Below are positions 1-8,174 of a DNA stretch of 64,000 nt, in pieces (position 1 is the first letter of the stretch; each line of letters begins with the position of its first letter). The stretch covers positions 3,346 through 67,345 of the forward strand of contig JACOYL010000009.1 in assembly GCA_016181895.1 (NCBI GenBank). Reading direction: 5' to 3'. A model generated the notes under the pieces. That model saw only the letters and a program-made list of their open reading frames with translations, searched no databases and was not told the DNA's origin. The translations under genes were made by a program, and so were the position numbers. This DNA comes from Candidatus Pacearchaeota archaeon. GTDB lineage: Archaea; Nanobdellota; Nanobdellia; Pacearchaeales; GW2011-AR1.

Positions 1-277
1 GTCGCTACAAAATAGATTTCATCATATTTCTCTGCTCAAAAAAGTTTTATTGTGCAAACTTTAACTTTAAATTATAGGATGATTTCAGCTTAATTTTTTT
101 CTTCGGCGGAAAATCCTGTCGGAGATGGATTTGTAGTAATAGTAATAAGCGAGGCAAAGCCGAGCGTAAATTTATATAATTTCTTCCCAACATTTTTCTA
201 TATCATTAATAGAATACAATAAAAAACGTGTTTTCTCCAAAGCAAAAGAACCCAAAGATATATAAATAACCATTATT

Positions 278-811
278 ATGGTTATAATAACCCTTACTGA
301 GGTTATAATGGATTTAATTCAATTTTTAAGAGCAAACGAAGATGCAAGAAAGATATTTGGAAAAAGGGAACTGAAGATAATTGAAAAGCAGATTAATGGA
401 ATCAATTTGACACAATCTGAAAAAAACAGGCTTTCGAGAGATATAAGGAAAAAATTTCTTTTTATAAAAGAGGTTTCAAAATTTTCAGACGAATTTGATT
501 TAAAAAAAGGGCTTTCAATAAAGCGCCTGATTAAAGGGGCTAAAGAGACAATTTTAAGGCATCATCTGATAAGAAAAATAAAAAAAATTATTTTGTTCGG
601 TTCCGTGATTGAAAATAAGCTGACTTTTAAATCAGACATTGACATCGCGGTCGCATTTGATGAAATAACAGAAAAACAGGCGTTTGAATTCAGGAAGAAT
701 ATTATGGGAAAACTCCCCGATAAGATTGACATTCAAGTTTTCAATTTCCTTCCTAAAAAAATAAAAGAAGAAATTAAAAATAAAGGGAGAATTATCTATA
801 AAAATGAATAG
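278..811 (+). CDS. mntA: Minimal nucleotidyltransferase (MNT-type antitoxin of a HEPN/MNT module)
   Basis: 177-aa ORF. NTase core 'ILFGSVIENKLTFKSDIDIAV' (GS...DxD). Overlaps the downstream HEPN ORF by 8 nt. Start may be Met11 (308). Confidence 0.75.
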   Translation: MVIITLTEVIMDLIQFLRANEDARKIFGKRELKIIEKQINGINLTQSEKNRLSRDIRKKFLFIKEVSKFSDEFDLKKGLSIKRLIKGAKETILRHHLIRKIKKIILFGSVIENKLTFKSDIDIAVAFDEITEKQAFEFRKNIMGKLPDKIDIQVFNFLPKKIKEEIKNKGRIIYKNE

Positions 812-1217
812 AATAAAAGATAAAATTGATGAAGCGAGAAAATATCTTAATGAACTGTCTGAGATAATTCCTTCCGATTTTGAACAATATAAATCCGAAT
901 TTAAAACAAAGGCTGCTTGCGAAAGATATTTTGAAAAGATAATTGGGTCGGTGGTTGATTTGGCTTTTCTTGTAATAAAAGAGCATAAATTAAAAATTCC
1001 TGAAGAAGATAAACAGGCATTTGACATTTTGAATGGGGCGGACATTATTCCAAACGAACTTAAGGAAAGGCTGAAAGATGCGAAAGGCATGAGAAACATT
1101 ATTGCGCACGAATATGGAGAGATAGACAACAAAATGGTTTTTGAATCGTTAAAAGAACAATTAATCCCTGATATTGAAGAATTTATTGGGCAAATTAAAA
1201 AATTTCTAAGAAAATAA
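804..1217 (+). CDS. hepT: HEPN (DUF86) domain RNase toxin
   Basis: 137-aa ORF with the Rx4-6H motif 'RNIIAHEY' near the C-terminus. Paired with the MNT gene. Confidence 0.8.
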   Translation: MNRIKDKIDEARKYLNELSEIIPSDFEQYKSEFKTKAACERYFEKIIGSVVDLAFLVIKEHKLKIPEEDKQAFDILNGADIIPNELKERLKDAKGMRNIIAHEYGEIDNKMVFESLKEQLIPDIEEFIGQIKKFLRK

Positions 1218-1218
1218 G

Positions 1219-1674
1219 ATGTCTCTAACCATATACAACAAAAAACGCGATTTCAAAAAAACTTCCGAGCCGTCTGGGAAAATAAAAAAATCTTCTTCAA
1301 AAAAATTAATCTATGTTATTCAAAAACACGCCGCAACGAGATTGCATTATGATTTGCGTCTGGAAATGAATGGTGTTTTGGTTTCGTGGGCTGTTCCGAA
1401 AGAGCCACCGAAAACAAAGGGAATAAAACGTCTCGCAGTTATGACAGAAGACCATCCAATCGGATATGAAAAATTCAAAGGAACAATTCCAAAAGGAGAA
1501 TACGGAGCAGGGAAAGTTGAAATCTGGGACAAAGGCTTTTACGAATTAAAAATAAAAGATGAAAAGAAAATTGAATTTTTCATCCACGGAAAAAAACTTC
1601 ATGGATTGTATGTTCTTGTTAAGACGAATTTTGGAAACAAGCCGGGAAAATCCTGGCTTTTCTTTAAGATATAA
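1219..1674 (+). CDS. Stand-alone LigD-type 3'-phosphoesterase (PE) domain protein
   Basis: 'QKHAATRLHYDLRLE...SWAVPKEPP...EDHPIGY...GTIPKGEYGAGKV' matches the LigD PE core, including the HxxxxxHYDxR and EDHPxxY catalytic motifs. Starts 1 nt after the HEPN stop codon. Confidence 0.85.
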   Translation: MSLTIYNKKRDFKKTSEPSGKIKKSSSKKLIYVIQKHAATRLHYDLRLEMNGVLVSWAVPKEPPKTKGIKRLAVMTEDHPIGYEKFKGTIPKGEYGAGKVEIWDKGFYELKIKDEKKIEFFIHGKKLHGLYVLVKTNFGNKPGKSWLFFKI

Positions 1675-1679
1675 TTTTG

Positions 1680-1696
1680 TTCCCGCCCACCCGCCC
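1680..1696. repeat. GC-box 17-mer 'ttcccgcccacccgccc', identical copy at 54890-54906
   Basis: Exact 17-nt GC-rich match in otherwise AT-rich DNA. Followed by further shared modules (see 1755-1792). Confidence 0.7.
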
Positions 1697-1754
1697 CTAA
1701 AGAAGGTTAATCAATAATCATAATTTTATTAACTATTAATTGTCGTGAAAATTA

Positions 1755-1792
1755 TTTTCGCATTAATCTTTTTCATCAATAAGCGAGCCGAG
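1755..1792. repeat. Intergenic repeat module 'ttt(c)gcattaatcttttt(t)(a)catcaata(a/t)gcgag'
   Basis: About 90% identical to 49189-49225. Related copies at 54971-55023 and 46568-46618. Confidence 0.6.
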
Positions 1793-1901
1793 TGCTTTGA
1801 CTTTGGCAAATTTATTTTATTAATATAAAGTCGGGGCACGAGTAGAAGGCAAGCGTGAAATAATAATTTTGAAAGGAAAAAATGATTTTTTAAAGTGTAA
1901 A

Positions 1902-1972
1902 TCTCCCCAGCAGGACTTGAACCTGCACGCATCGGGCTACGGCCGATTGCTCTGCCCTTGAGCTATGGGGAG
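1902..1972 (-). tRNA. tRNA-Tyr (anticodon GUA), no encoded CCA
   Basis: Hand-folded cloverleaf. Acceptor stem CTCCCCA/TGGGGAG (7 bp, C1-G72 as in archaeal/eukaryal tRNA-Tyr). D stem GCTC/GAGC with a GG loop. Anticodon stem ATCGG/CCGAT with loop CCGTAGC. T arm GCAGG-TTCAAGT-CCTGC. Discriminator A. Position 33 is C, which is unusual. Confidence 0.8.
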
Positions 1973-2110
1973 AGAAATTTTATCAATCGGCTTATAGATA
2001 ATAGAATTCTGAGTTAAAACTAGAAAAACTAATCAACTTGCATAGATTTAATTTCAATTCAATATTCATGCTTTCTTAAGATTTATAATATATTTAAATT
2101 TATTGTCTTT

Positions 2111-2398
2111 ATGAATTACATCTTTGAAATCATAGATAAAACCGGAAGAAAAATCCGTTTGACAAAAAAGATTTGGTCAAAAATCAGAAAAAAACATTAT
2201 GAAATAGAAGACAAAGAGTTAATTCTTGAAACATTAAATAAACCAGATAAAATAGAAAATTACGAGGAAGGCGTTATTTATTATTATAAATATTATAAGA
2301 ATAAACTTCTTCCTAAGAGATTTTTATTGGTTGTCGTTAAATATTTAAATGGCAACGGTTTTGTAATCACGTCTTATTTTATAGATAAGATTGGATAA
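2111..2398 (+). CDS. Putative small toxin (DUF4258-like)
   Basis: 95-aa ORF overlapping the next ORF by 8 nt. Pattern 'H...ETLNKPDKI...LLVVVKY...GFVITSY' resembles DUF4258-type partners of DUF2283. Confidence 0.4.
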   Translation: MNYIFEIIDKTGRKIRLTKKIWSKIRKKHYEIEDKELILETLNKPDKIENYEEGVIYYYKYYKNKLLPKRFLLVVVKYLNGNGFVITSYFIDKIG

Positions 2399-2642
2399 AA
2401 TGAAAGAAGAAATATATGAGATTTATTATGATAAAGAAGCGGATTTTTTAGAAATATTTTTTGGAAAGTCCTCTAAATGCATAGCCGGTGAGATAGAAAA
2501 GGGAATATTTGTTAGAAGAGACATAAAAACAAATGATATTAAAAGTATCGGGATTATAAATTTTAGCAAAAGATTGGGTATTTTGAATAAAATTCTCTTA
2601 CAACTTGAAATAAAAATTCCTCTAGATATTAAGCCGATTTAA
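2391..2642 (+). CDS. DUF2283-like putative antitoxin
   Basis: 83 aa. N-terminal 'YYDKEADFLEIFF' matches the YDxExDxLyI signature of DUF2283. Confidence 0.5.
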   Translation: MDKMKEEIYEIYYDKEADFLEIFFGKSSKCIAGEIEKGIFVRRDIKTNDIKSIGIINFSKRLGILNKILLQLEIKIPLDIKPI

Positions 2643-2717
2643 GATAAATTTTTATAAATAAATCTTATTAAAATCCCTGTGAAAATCAACTTTGAGGCCA
2701 TAAATCCTCAATGAAGA

Positions 2718-2966
2718 TTGATGAAAAGAATAACAAAAAAAGAACTGAAGGAATATGATAAAGAAGTCAAGGAAAAATCCAAAAAATTCAAATTAAAGCC
2801 AGAAGATTTTCATAATCTTTACGATTTATTTTGGATGGTTACTTCTGAATCAGATGTTATGGACACTTTAAAATTGAACAAGATGGATAAATGGTTTCAT
2901 AATTTTACGGCAAGAGTTGAAAGAATTTTATTTGAGGAAGATTTTGCATTGGATTTTAAGAAGTAA
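2718..2966 (+). CDS. Hypothetical protein
   Basis: 82-aa ORF in AT-rich DNA. No recognisable motif. Confidence 0.35.
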   Translation: MMKRITKKELKEYDKEVKEKSKKFKLKPEDFHNLYDLFWMVTSESDVMDTLKLNKMDKWFHNFTARVERILFEEDFALDFKK

Positions 2967-2981
2967 AGAGTTGGTTGTTGT

Positions 2982-3251
2982 TTAAGGTTTAATTGACGTT
3001 TCGGGTTTTTTCAATTCATCTTCCAAAGAACTTAACTTTAAAATATTACTTCTTATCATTCTAACTGTATTTTCTTCGCTAGGAGATAAATCGCGCAAAT
3101 GAGGTTCTTCTAAATGAGTTACAGCCCCATATCCAAAAAGTCGATTAACAACATCTGCAAAAGTCGGAAGAAAATCATCTTTTCTCTTTGAATAATGATT
3201 AACTAAATATTCTTCGTCAGTTTTAACAATACTTATTCTATAATCTGTCAT
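2982..3251 (-). CDS. Hypothetical protein
   Basis: 89-aa ORF. No recognisable motif. Confidence 0.35.
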   Translation of the reverse strand: MTDYRISIVKTDEEYLVNHYSKRKDDFLPTFADVVNRLFGYGAVTHLEEPHLRDLSPSEENTVRMIRSNILKLSSLEDELKKPETSIKP

Positions 3252-3310
3252 ATTTTTTTATATTCTTGCTCTTTTTAAGAATTGTTATTCTCTATTTTTC
3301 TTCCTTCACA

Positions 3311-3583
3311 TCACGTTCCCCGCTTGTAAATATTGTCGTGATGGTCGTAATCTTCAATTATTATGTGTTTTTTATTTTCATCAACAGAGAAGACAAGCAC
3401 AAAACTTTTGTCAATATGAACCCTTTTAAGATGTTGCAGCGGTTTTCTTAAATTCTTATAATGTTGCGGATTTTGCCTGATTTCTTGAATTTTATTCTCT
3501 ATTATCATCAGTTGTTTGGAATTTTTCTTGGCTAACTTGAAGAATATCTTTTCAACATTTTTCCTTAATTCATAAGAATACAT
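3311..3583 (-). CDS. relE: RelE/ParE-family toxin
   Basis: 90 aa. 'QNPQHYKNLRKPLQHLKRVHIDKSFVLVFSVDENKKHIIIEDYDHHDNIY' is the typical RelE/ParE C-terminal pattern. Lies 1 nt downstream of the partner ORF. Confidence 0.7.
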   Translation of the reverse strand: MYSYELRKNVEKIFFKLAKKNSKQLMIIENKIQEIRQNPQHYKNLRKPLQHLKRVHIDKSFVLVFSVDENKKHIIIEDYDHHDNIYKRGT

Positions 3584-3584
3584 T

Positions 3585-3818
3585 TTAGTTCAAACCAAAA
3601 TGTTTTTTGAAATTGGTAATCTTTATAGTCGGTTCCAATTGCCTTTTTCTCATTTTCTCAATAAATTCGGGTCTCAAATCAGGCTCGGCTTCATCGTCAA
3701 TATATTTGCTGACTACGAAATTTATCGCCTCGGATTTGTCCTTAAAACCATATTTGGCTTTTATCAGATTCAAAACCCTGTTAAGATTCTCATCAAGTTC
3801 TATTAATGCTCTAACCAT
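3585..3818 (-). CDS. Antitoxin partner of RelE (small DNA-binding-type protein)
   Basis: 77-aa ORF immediately upstream of relE and tightly coupled to it. Confidence 0.5.
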   Translation of the reverse strand: MVRALIELDENLNRVLNLIKAKYGFKDKSEAINFVVSKYIDDEAEPDLRPEFIEKMRKRQLEPTIKITNFKKHFGLN

Positions 3819-3862
3819 TTTAACTTATTCCGACTAAGTCGGACTTATTTTTAAACATTTCG

Positions 3863-4312
3863 TTATTCTTCAGTTTTCTTCCCCGTCACATCCTCCGGAA
3901 TTCTGTATTCTTCCCATCGCACTTTCTTTTTATCAATAGTTTCCTTAAGATTTTTTTCGTGGTTGTTTATTTTTGCCTTTCCTGATTTGACTTCGACAAA
4001 AACAACTTCTTCAATATTCTTGTTGTCCGCGCCCTTGAAAACAAGAAAGTCAATCGGCTTTCCTAAAAAACGAACTTCGCTCGGGCTGTAAGGAAAATCA
4101 GGAAGATACGGAGCGAGTTGCTCTGAAAATAAACCTCCTAGCGTCGCCCTTGATTTTGCGATTGCATCCTGCCTGTGAATCGGTAGCTGATTTTCCCAAT
4201 GCCTGTCTCTTCTCATGACTCCGATAATGTGTCCGATAATTATTCCTATGAAGAGAAATAAAATTATTATTAAAATTGTGGAAAATTCCATTTTAATTGA
4301 GAAGTTTTGCAA
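3863..4312 (-). CDS. Membrane-anchored endonuclease related to archaeal Holliday-junction resolvase (PF10107-like)
   Basis: N-terminal TM helix, then 'SRATLGGLFSEQLAPYLPDFPYSPSEVRFLGKPIDFLVFKG...VVFVEVKSGKAKI'. Confidence 0.65.
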   Translation of the reverse strand: MQNFSIKMEFSTILIIILFLFIGIIIGHIIGVMRRDRHWENQLPIHRQDAIAKSRATLGGLFSEQLAPYLPDFPYSPSEVRFLGKPIDFLVFKGADNKNIEEVVFVEVKSGKAKINNHEKNLKETIDKKKVRWEEYRIPEDVTGKKTEE

Positions 4313-4607
4313 GTCTTCCTTTTCTGTGCATTAATCTTACTCTCGTTGAATTGTGAGTTAAACAATGTTTTGCATCACATTTTCTGACTTCATCATCGTA
4401 TCTTGGTACAAGCCCCGTTCTGCTATTTTTAGAGAAATTATATCCAATTAACACCCTTTTTCTAGGACTTCTCCCCATCCCTTCAATCGTTGGTAAATCA
4501 ATTTCTACAGGAACTCTTGAATTTAACTCCATAAATCCATAATATATCTCATCACCTATAATTACTTCAACTTCATATTCTATTGGTTTTTTATAATCAT
4601 AAACCAT
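4293..4607 (-). CDS. Hypothetical protein
   Basis: ORF 4293-4619. Met5 (4607) lies 1 nt after the uS2 stop codon, suggesting coupling. No motif recognised. Confidence 0.4.
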   Translation of the reverse strand: MVYDYKKPIEYEVEVIIGDEIYYGFMELNSRVPVEIDLPTIEGMGRSPRKRVLIGYNFSKNSRTGLVPRYDDEVRKCDAKHCLTHNSTRVRLMHRKGRLAKLLN

Positions 4608-4608
4608 C

Positions 4609-5544
4609 TTAATACACAACAGGCACCTCCAATTCTTCCTTCATCCACCAATCCATGTCGGGAATCCTGTCGATTGCGTCGATTCCTCGGGCTTTGCAAT
4701 ATCCTCTTGCGAGCAGGTAAAAAATCAAGCCCAAACTCTTGGAACTTTTGTTGTTTCCTATTATTACCTTGTCGGCGCCCTTTGCAAAATTGTTCGTGTC
4801 GCAAATCATCAAAACTTTTTTGTGGACATTGAGGGTGTCATGCAATGCATTTTTGTCAAGCCATGAATCAGTAACAATTGTAAGTTCATTTTCCATGAAT
4901 GTCGGAAGGTTTGTGTTTGTCAGGATTCCGGCGGGATATTTTTTCGTGAAAACTCTTATTCCCGTTAACTTTGAAAACATCTCCGCGGCGTTCCATCCGG
5001 TTTGCCTCTTGCACACGAGAATTATTTCCTCCGGATTGAACTTTGAAATAAATTCTATGGCTTCTTTTATTTTCTCGTCGATTATGTTTGTGTCGAAAAT
5101 CGCCAAGCCGTCCGCTCTCCGACGATAAACAAAGGGTTTCATGTCGGGAGTCACTGCTCTTTTGCCGATGTAAATTCCTGACTTGACATATTCTTCAAGG
5201 GGAATGAGCATTTCTGTTCTTTTCTTTGCCTTGACTTTTTCTTTCAGCTCTTCTGTCTTCGGTTCCAAAATCTGCTCCGAGAGTTTTTTCGCCCTTTCTA
5301 TAAGTTCTTTTTTCTTTTCCTCGATTGTTTTCTTTTCCTTTCCCGAAATCTCTGTTTCAAGCGATTCAAGTTCCGCAAGTTTTTCCTCTTCCTTGGAAAA
5401 TTCTTCTTTTTTTGCCTTGGGGGATTTCCTTGAAATTTTCTTTTTATTCTTTCCTTCTATTTTTTCAACAATTTCCTCGACAACTTCCTCTGCTTTTTCC
5501 AAACCCTCTTCAACCTTTTCCTTAATCTCATCAATAATTGCCAT
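4609..5544 (-). CDS. rps2: Ribosomal protein uS2 with a ~112-aa K/E-rich N-terminal extension
   Basis: The C-terminal ~200 aa ('GIYIGKRAVTPDMKPFVYRRRADGLAIFD...VCKRQTGWNA...ICDTNN') is canonical uS2. The N-terminal 112 aa are low-complexity K/E. Confidence 0.9.
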   Translation of the reverse strand: MAIIDEIKEKVEEGLEKAEEVVEEIVEKIEGKNKKKISRKSPKAKKEEFSKEEEKLAELESLETEISGKEKKTIEEKKKELIERAKKLSEQILEPKTEELKEKVKAKKRTEMLIPLEEYVKSGIYIGKRAVTPDMKPFVYRRRADGLAIFDTNIIDEKIKEAIEFISKFNPEEIILVCKRQTGWNAAEMFSKLTGIRVFTKKYPAGILTNTNLPTFMENELTIVTDSWLDKNALHDTLNVHKKVLMICDTNNFAKGADKVIIGNNKSSKSLGLIFYLLARGYCKARGIDAIDRIPDMDWWMKEELEVPVVY

Positions 5545-5563
5545 TAGAACTGTGGTGAAAATA

Positions 5564-5575
5564 GATTTTTAAAGT
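5564..5575 (-). promoter_or_regulatory. TATA-box-like element upstream of rps2
   Basis: Minus-strand 'ACTTTAAAAATC' centred ~26 nt upstream of the 5544 ATG. Supports use of the long ORF. Confidence 0.4.
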
Positions 5576-5624
5576 TATTTGTCAACATAACAATTCTTAA
5601 ATAATCTTGATATTTATTTGAGGG

Positions 5625-5855
5625 ATGGAAGACGAACTCATCCGAAAATTAGATGAAAGATACATTGGATGCGATATTAGGGGGCACAGATTGCCTAATC
5701 CAGAAAAAACTTATTGCAATTCTTGTTTTAGGAGATTGAATTATAATGCCACAAATGGGCTTTCAGAACGAGATCAAAGAAGTTTGGATAAATTAGCAGG
5801 ACTTACTTTATTGAGAAAAGAATTACTTCCTGCAGGAAAATTATTATCTCGCTAA
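5625..5855 (+). CDS. Hypothetical small protein
   Basis: 76-aa ORF between rps2 and eno on the opposite strand. Its 3' end overlaps the eno stop region. Confidence 0.3.
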   Translation: MEDELIRKLDERYIGCDIRGHRLPNPEKTYCNSCFRRLNYNATNGLSERDQRSLDKLAGLTLLRKELLPAGKLLSR

Positions 5856-7004
5856 ATCTTTCTCAATTTCAATCAATCTCTTTATTTTAACTTCCCTTTC
5901 TTTTCCAGCGATTCCGCATTTCAAAAAATCAGCCTGAAATCCGAAAGTCAAATCGGCAAGAATGTCTTCATTTGTTTCCCCGCTTCTGTGGGAAAAAATT
6001 ATTTTTATTCCATATTTTTTCGCCAATTCACAGACTGTTTTCACTTCTGTCAAATTTCCTATCTGATTCGGCTTTACGATCAATGCATTTATGCTTTTCA
6101 TCTTGATTGCTTTTTCAAGCCTTTCAGGATTCGTGACTGTCAAATCGTCGCCGACAATCAATTTATTTGCAAATTTTTTTGTCAGCTTGGAAAAATCTTC
6201 AAAATCTTCCTCGTCAAAAGGATCTTCAATATAAAACAAGTCAAAATTTTCTATAAGATTTGAAATGTATCTGAATTGTTCCCCTGAATCCCTTTTCAGC
6301 ATGGGATTTTTGTAAAGATATTTTTTCCTTGAATAAAAACTCGATGCCGCGATATCCAATCCAAGCGGGATTTCATATTTCAAAAGAACATCAAGAACTT
6401 CTTTTTCATTCAGGCTTGTTTCCCATGCATACTCATCATTTTTTATGCTTTTGAATTTCTCGTCAAATTCTTTCAAATCTTGTTCAACTTTTTCCTTGAT
6501 TTTTTTCATCAATTCAAAATTTTCTTTTGTTGATTTTTCATTTGGAATTAAAAGAAATTCCTGAAAATCAGGCTTTTTTTCATTGCCGGAATGTTTTCCT
6601 CCGCCAATGCAATTCCCGACAAGTCTAGGAAATTTTCTTGCCTTGGAATCAACGATTTCCCATACCTCCTTTTTCTTTTCTTTTGCCATTGCCTTAAGAA
6701 TTGCAGACTCCAATGCAAATAAAGTGTTTGCCCCGACATTACCAGAAACAATATCTTCAATTCTTTTCAAATCATCAAAGAAATCTATGTTCTCCATTGA
6801 AAAATAATCAGAGAATTTTTTTAACGTTTCAATGTCTCCAAGAAGATTTTTCTTGTAAGATTTTGCTTCGTGTTTTCCCTTTGACTTTCCATTCGGCGCG
6901 CTTGCCTTGAATTCACCGACATTTGTTTTTATTGAGACTTCGATTGTCTTCTCTTTGCGGGAATCAAAAATGGATTTCGCAGAAACACTTCTTATGACAA
7001 CCAT
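5844..7004 (-). CDS. eno: Enolase (short form, 386 aa)
   Basis: Signature 'SHRSGETNEDILADL' plus the N-terminal 'IFDSRKEKTIEVSI' pattern. Confidence 0.9.
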   Translation of the reverse strand: MVVIRSVSAKSIFDSRKEKTIEVSIKTNVGEFKASAPNGKSKGKHEAKSYKKNLLGDIETLKKFSDYFSMENIDFFDDLKRIEDIVSGNVGANTLFALESAILKAMAKEKKKEVWEIVDSKARKFPRLVGNCIGGGKHSGNEKKPDFQEFLLIPNEKSTKENFELMKKIKEKVEQDLKEFDEKFKSIKNDEYAWETSLNEKEVLDVLLKYEIPLGLDIAASSFYSRKKYLYKNPMLKRDSGEQFRYISNLIENFDLFYIEDPFDEEDFEDFSKLTKKFANKLIVGDDLTVTNPERLEKAIKMKSINALIVKPNQIGNLTEVKTVCELAKKYGIKIIFSHRSGETNEDILADLTFGFQADFLKCGIAGKEREVKIKRLIEIEKDLAR

Positions 7005-7074
7005 GAAATAAAAAATTCTCAGAACTTTTTAAAGGTGATTATTTTAAATGTAATCTACTTAGAATTTTATTCTA

Positions 7075-7575
7075 TCAAGGAAGGATAGCATCTTCCCAAA
7101 GATGTCTTTTCTCTTTCATTAATTCCTTAAAACCTTCCCAATCTTTATATCGGAAAATTTCATTAAATCTGTTTGCATTAACATAAATATTCCAAACATC
7201 TCTTAAAGGAATATGTTTAAACATACCATAACCACGACCAATAAATGTTTCTCCGACCACCCTATCTATTAAATTTTGTGGGATATTTTTTGCTAATTTC
7301 GTTCGGCCCTCAATATTTCCGGGTATAAAATCAGGGTAGATCTTGTTCATTTCATCATTGTCAAAATGGCTTTCATATATCCAGTTTCTTAAAAGAAATC
7401 TAGCGGCATTTTCTTTCGTTTCAATAAAATAAGGAGAACCAATACTCATTGTTATTGCATCACAATAAACAAATCTCTCTGTCGGTAGATGAGATATAAG
7501 CGAATCTCTTAAGTAATTGGCTTCTTTATTCCTCTTAAATCTGACATTTAATCTCAATCTATTTTCTTTTGTCAT
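7075..7575 (-). CDS. Hypothetical protein
   Basis: 166-aa ORF starting 1 nt after the stop codon of the upstream Tat-signal ORF. Confidence 0.45.
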   Translation of the reverse strand: MTKENRLRLNVRFKRNKEANYLRDSLISHLPTERFVYCDAITMSIGSPYFIETKENAARFLLRNWIYESHFDNDEMNKIYPDFIPGNIEGRTKLAKNIPQNLIDRVVGETFIGRGYGMFKHIPLRDVWNIYVNANRFNEIFRYKDWEGFKELMKEKRHLWEDAILP

Positions 7576-7576
7576 T

Positions 7577-8035
7577 TTATAATTTCCTAATAGTTTTGTA
7601 ATCTATTATTTGTTTAACTGAGATGTTCGGTCCATATTTGTCCCATTCTCTATGAGTAAAGGCACTTCTATTCAGGATCATCTTTCCGTTTTCATTTATT
7701 ACTTCTGGCGATATTTCAATAGTCATCTCTCCATCTTCGTCTGTCTCTAATCCAGAAACATATCCTGTGAGAGTGTATTCTTTATCTAAGTCAAAATCGG
7801 AGAACCATGGAGTAAATCCCCATTCATTGTCCTTTCTTGGATGTATTTTTATTTCTGCCAATTCAAAAGCTTCTCTCTTATCATAACGTCCTTTAGCTTC
7901 AGGCAATCTTCCTAATGATTCTTCTAAAGATGGCTGATATCTATCTTCAGCAATTTTCGGAACAGCCAAAGCTCCTGCTGTTAAAGCAAGTCCTTTCAAA
8001 GCTGTTCTTCTTGTGATTTTTCTTTCGTTTGTCAT
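7577..8035 (-). CDS. Secreted protein with twin-arginine-type signal peptide
   Basis: N-terminus 'MTNERKITRRTALKGLALTAGALAVP' has an RR motif and a hydrophobic region. Confidence 0.55.
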   Translation of the reverse strand: MTNERKITRRTALKGLALTAGALAVPKIAEDRYQPSLEESLGRLPEAKGRYDKREAFELAEIKIHPRKDNEWGFTPWFSDFDLDKEYTLTGYVSGLETDEDGEMTIEISPEVINENGKMILNRSAFTHREWDKYGPNISVKQIIDYKTIRKL

Positions 8036-8144
8036 TTTTCTTGTTTTATATTTTTGTTTTTATCTTCGGATTTAATTCCTTGTTAGTGGTTACAAATAGG
8101 AATATATAAAATCTTTTTCTTGTATATTTTGTAAAAACGTAAGA

Positions 8145-8154
8145 TTTATAAATA
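8145..8154 (+). promoter_or_regulatory. TATA box upstream of the tandem Lrp gene
   Basis: 'tttataaata' centred ~25 nt upstream of the ATG at 8175. 'aagatttataaa' recurs upstream of other genes, e.g. 51087. Confidence 0.45.
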
Positions 8155-8174
8155 AAATAGGAATAATACAAAAT

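Noticed and set aside
1729-1932. 67-aa minus-strand ORF overlapping the tRNA.
   Set aside because: Its N-terminus is encoded by the tRNA-Tyr 3' half and the rest by repeat modules, so it is an artefact.
5183-5572. Plus-strand Ser/Phe-rich ORFs (5183-5572 and 5325-5525) antisense to rps2.
   Set aside because: They are mirror images of the K/E-rich (AAR/GAR) extension, a classic antisense low-complexity artefact. Similar artefacts are 9841-10236, 45610-46245 and 57444-57836.
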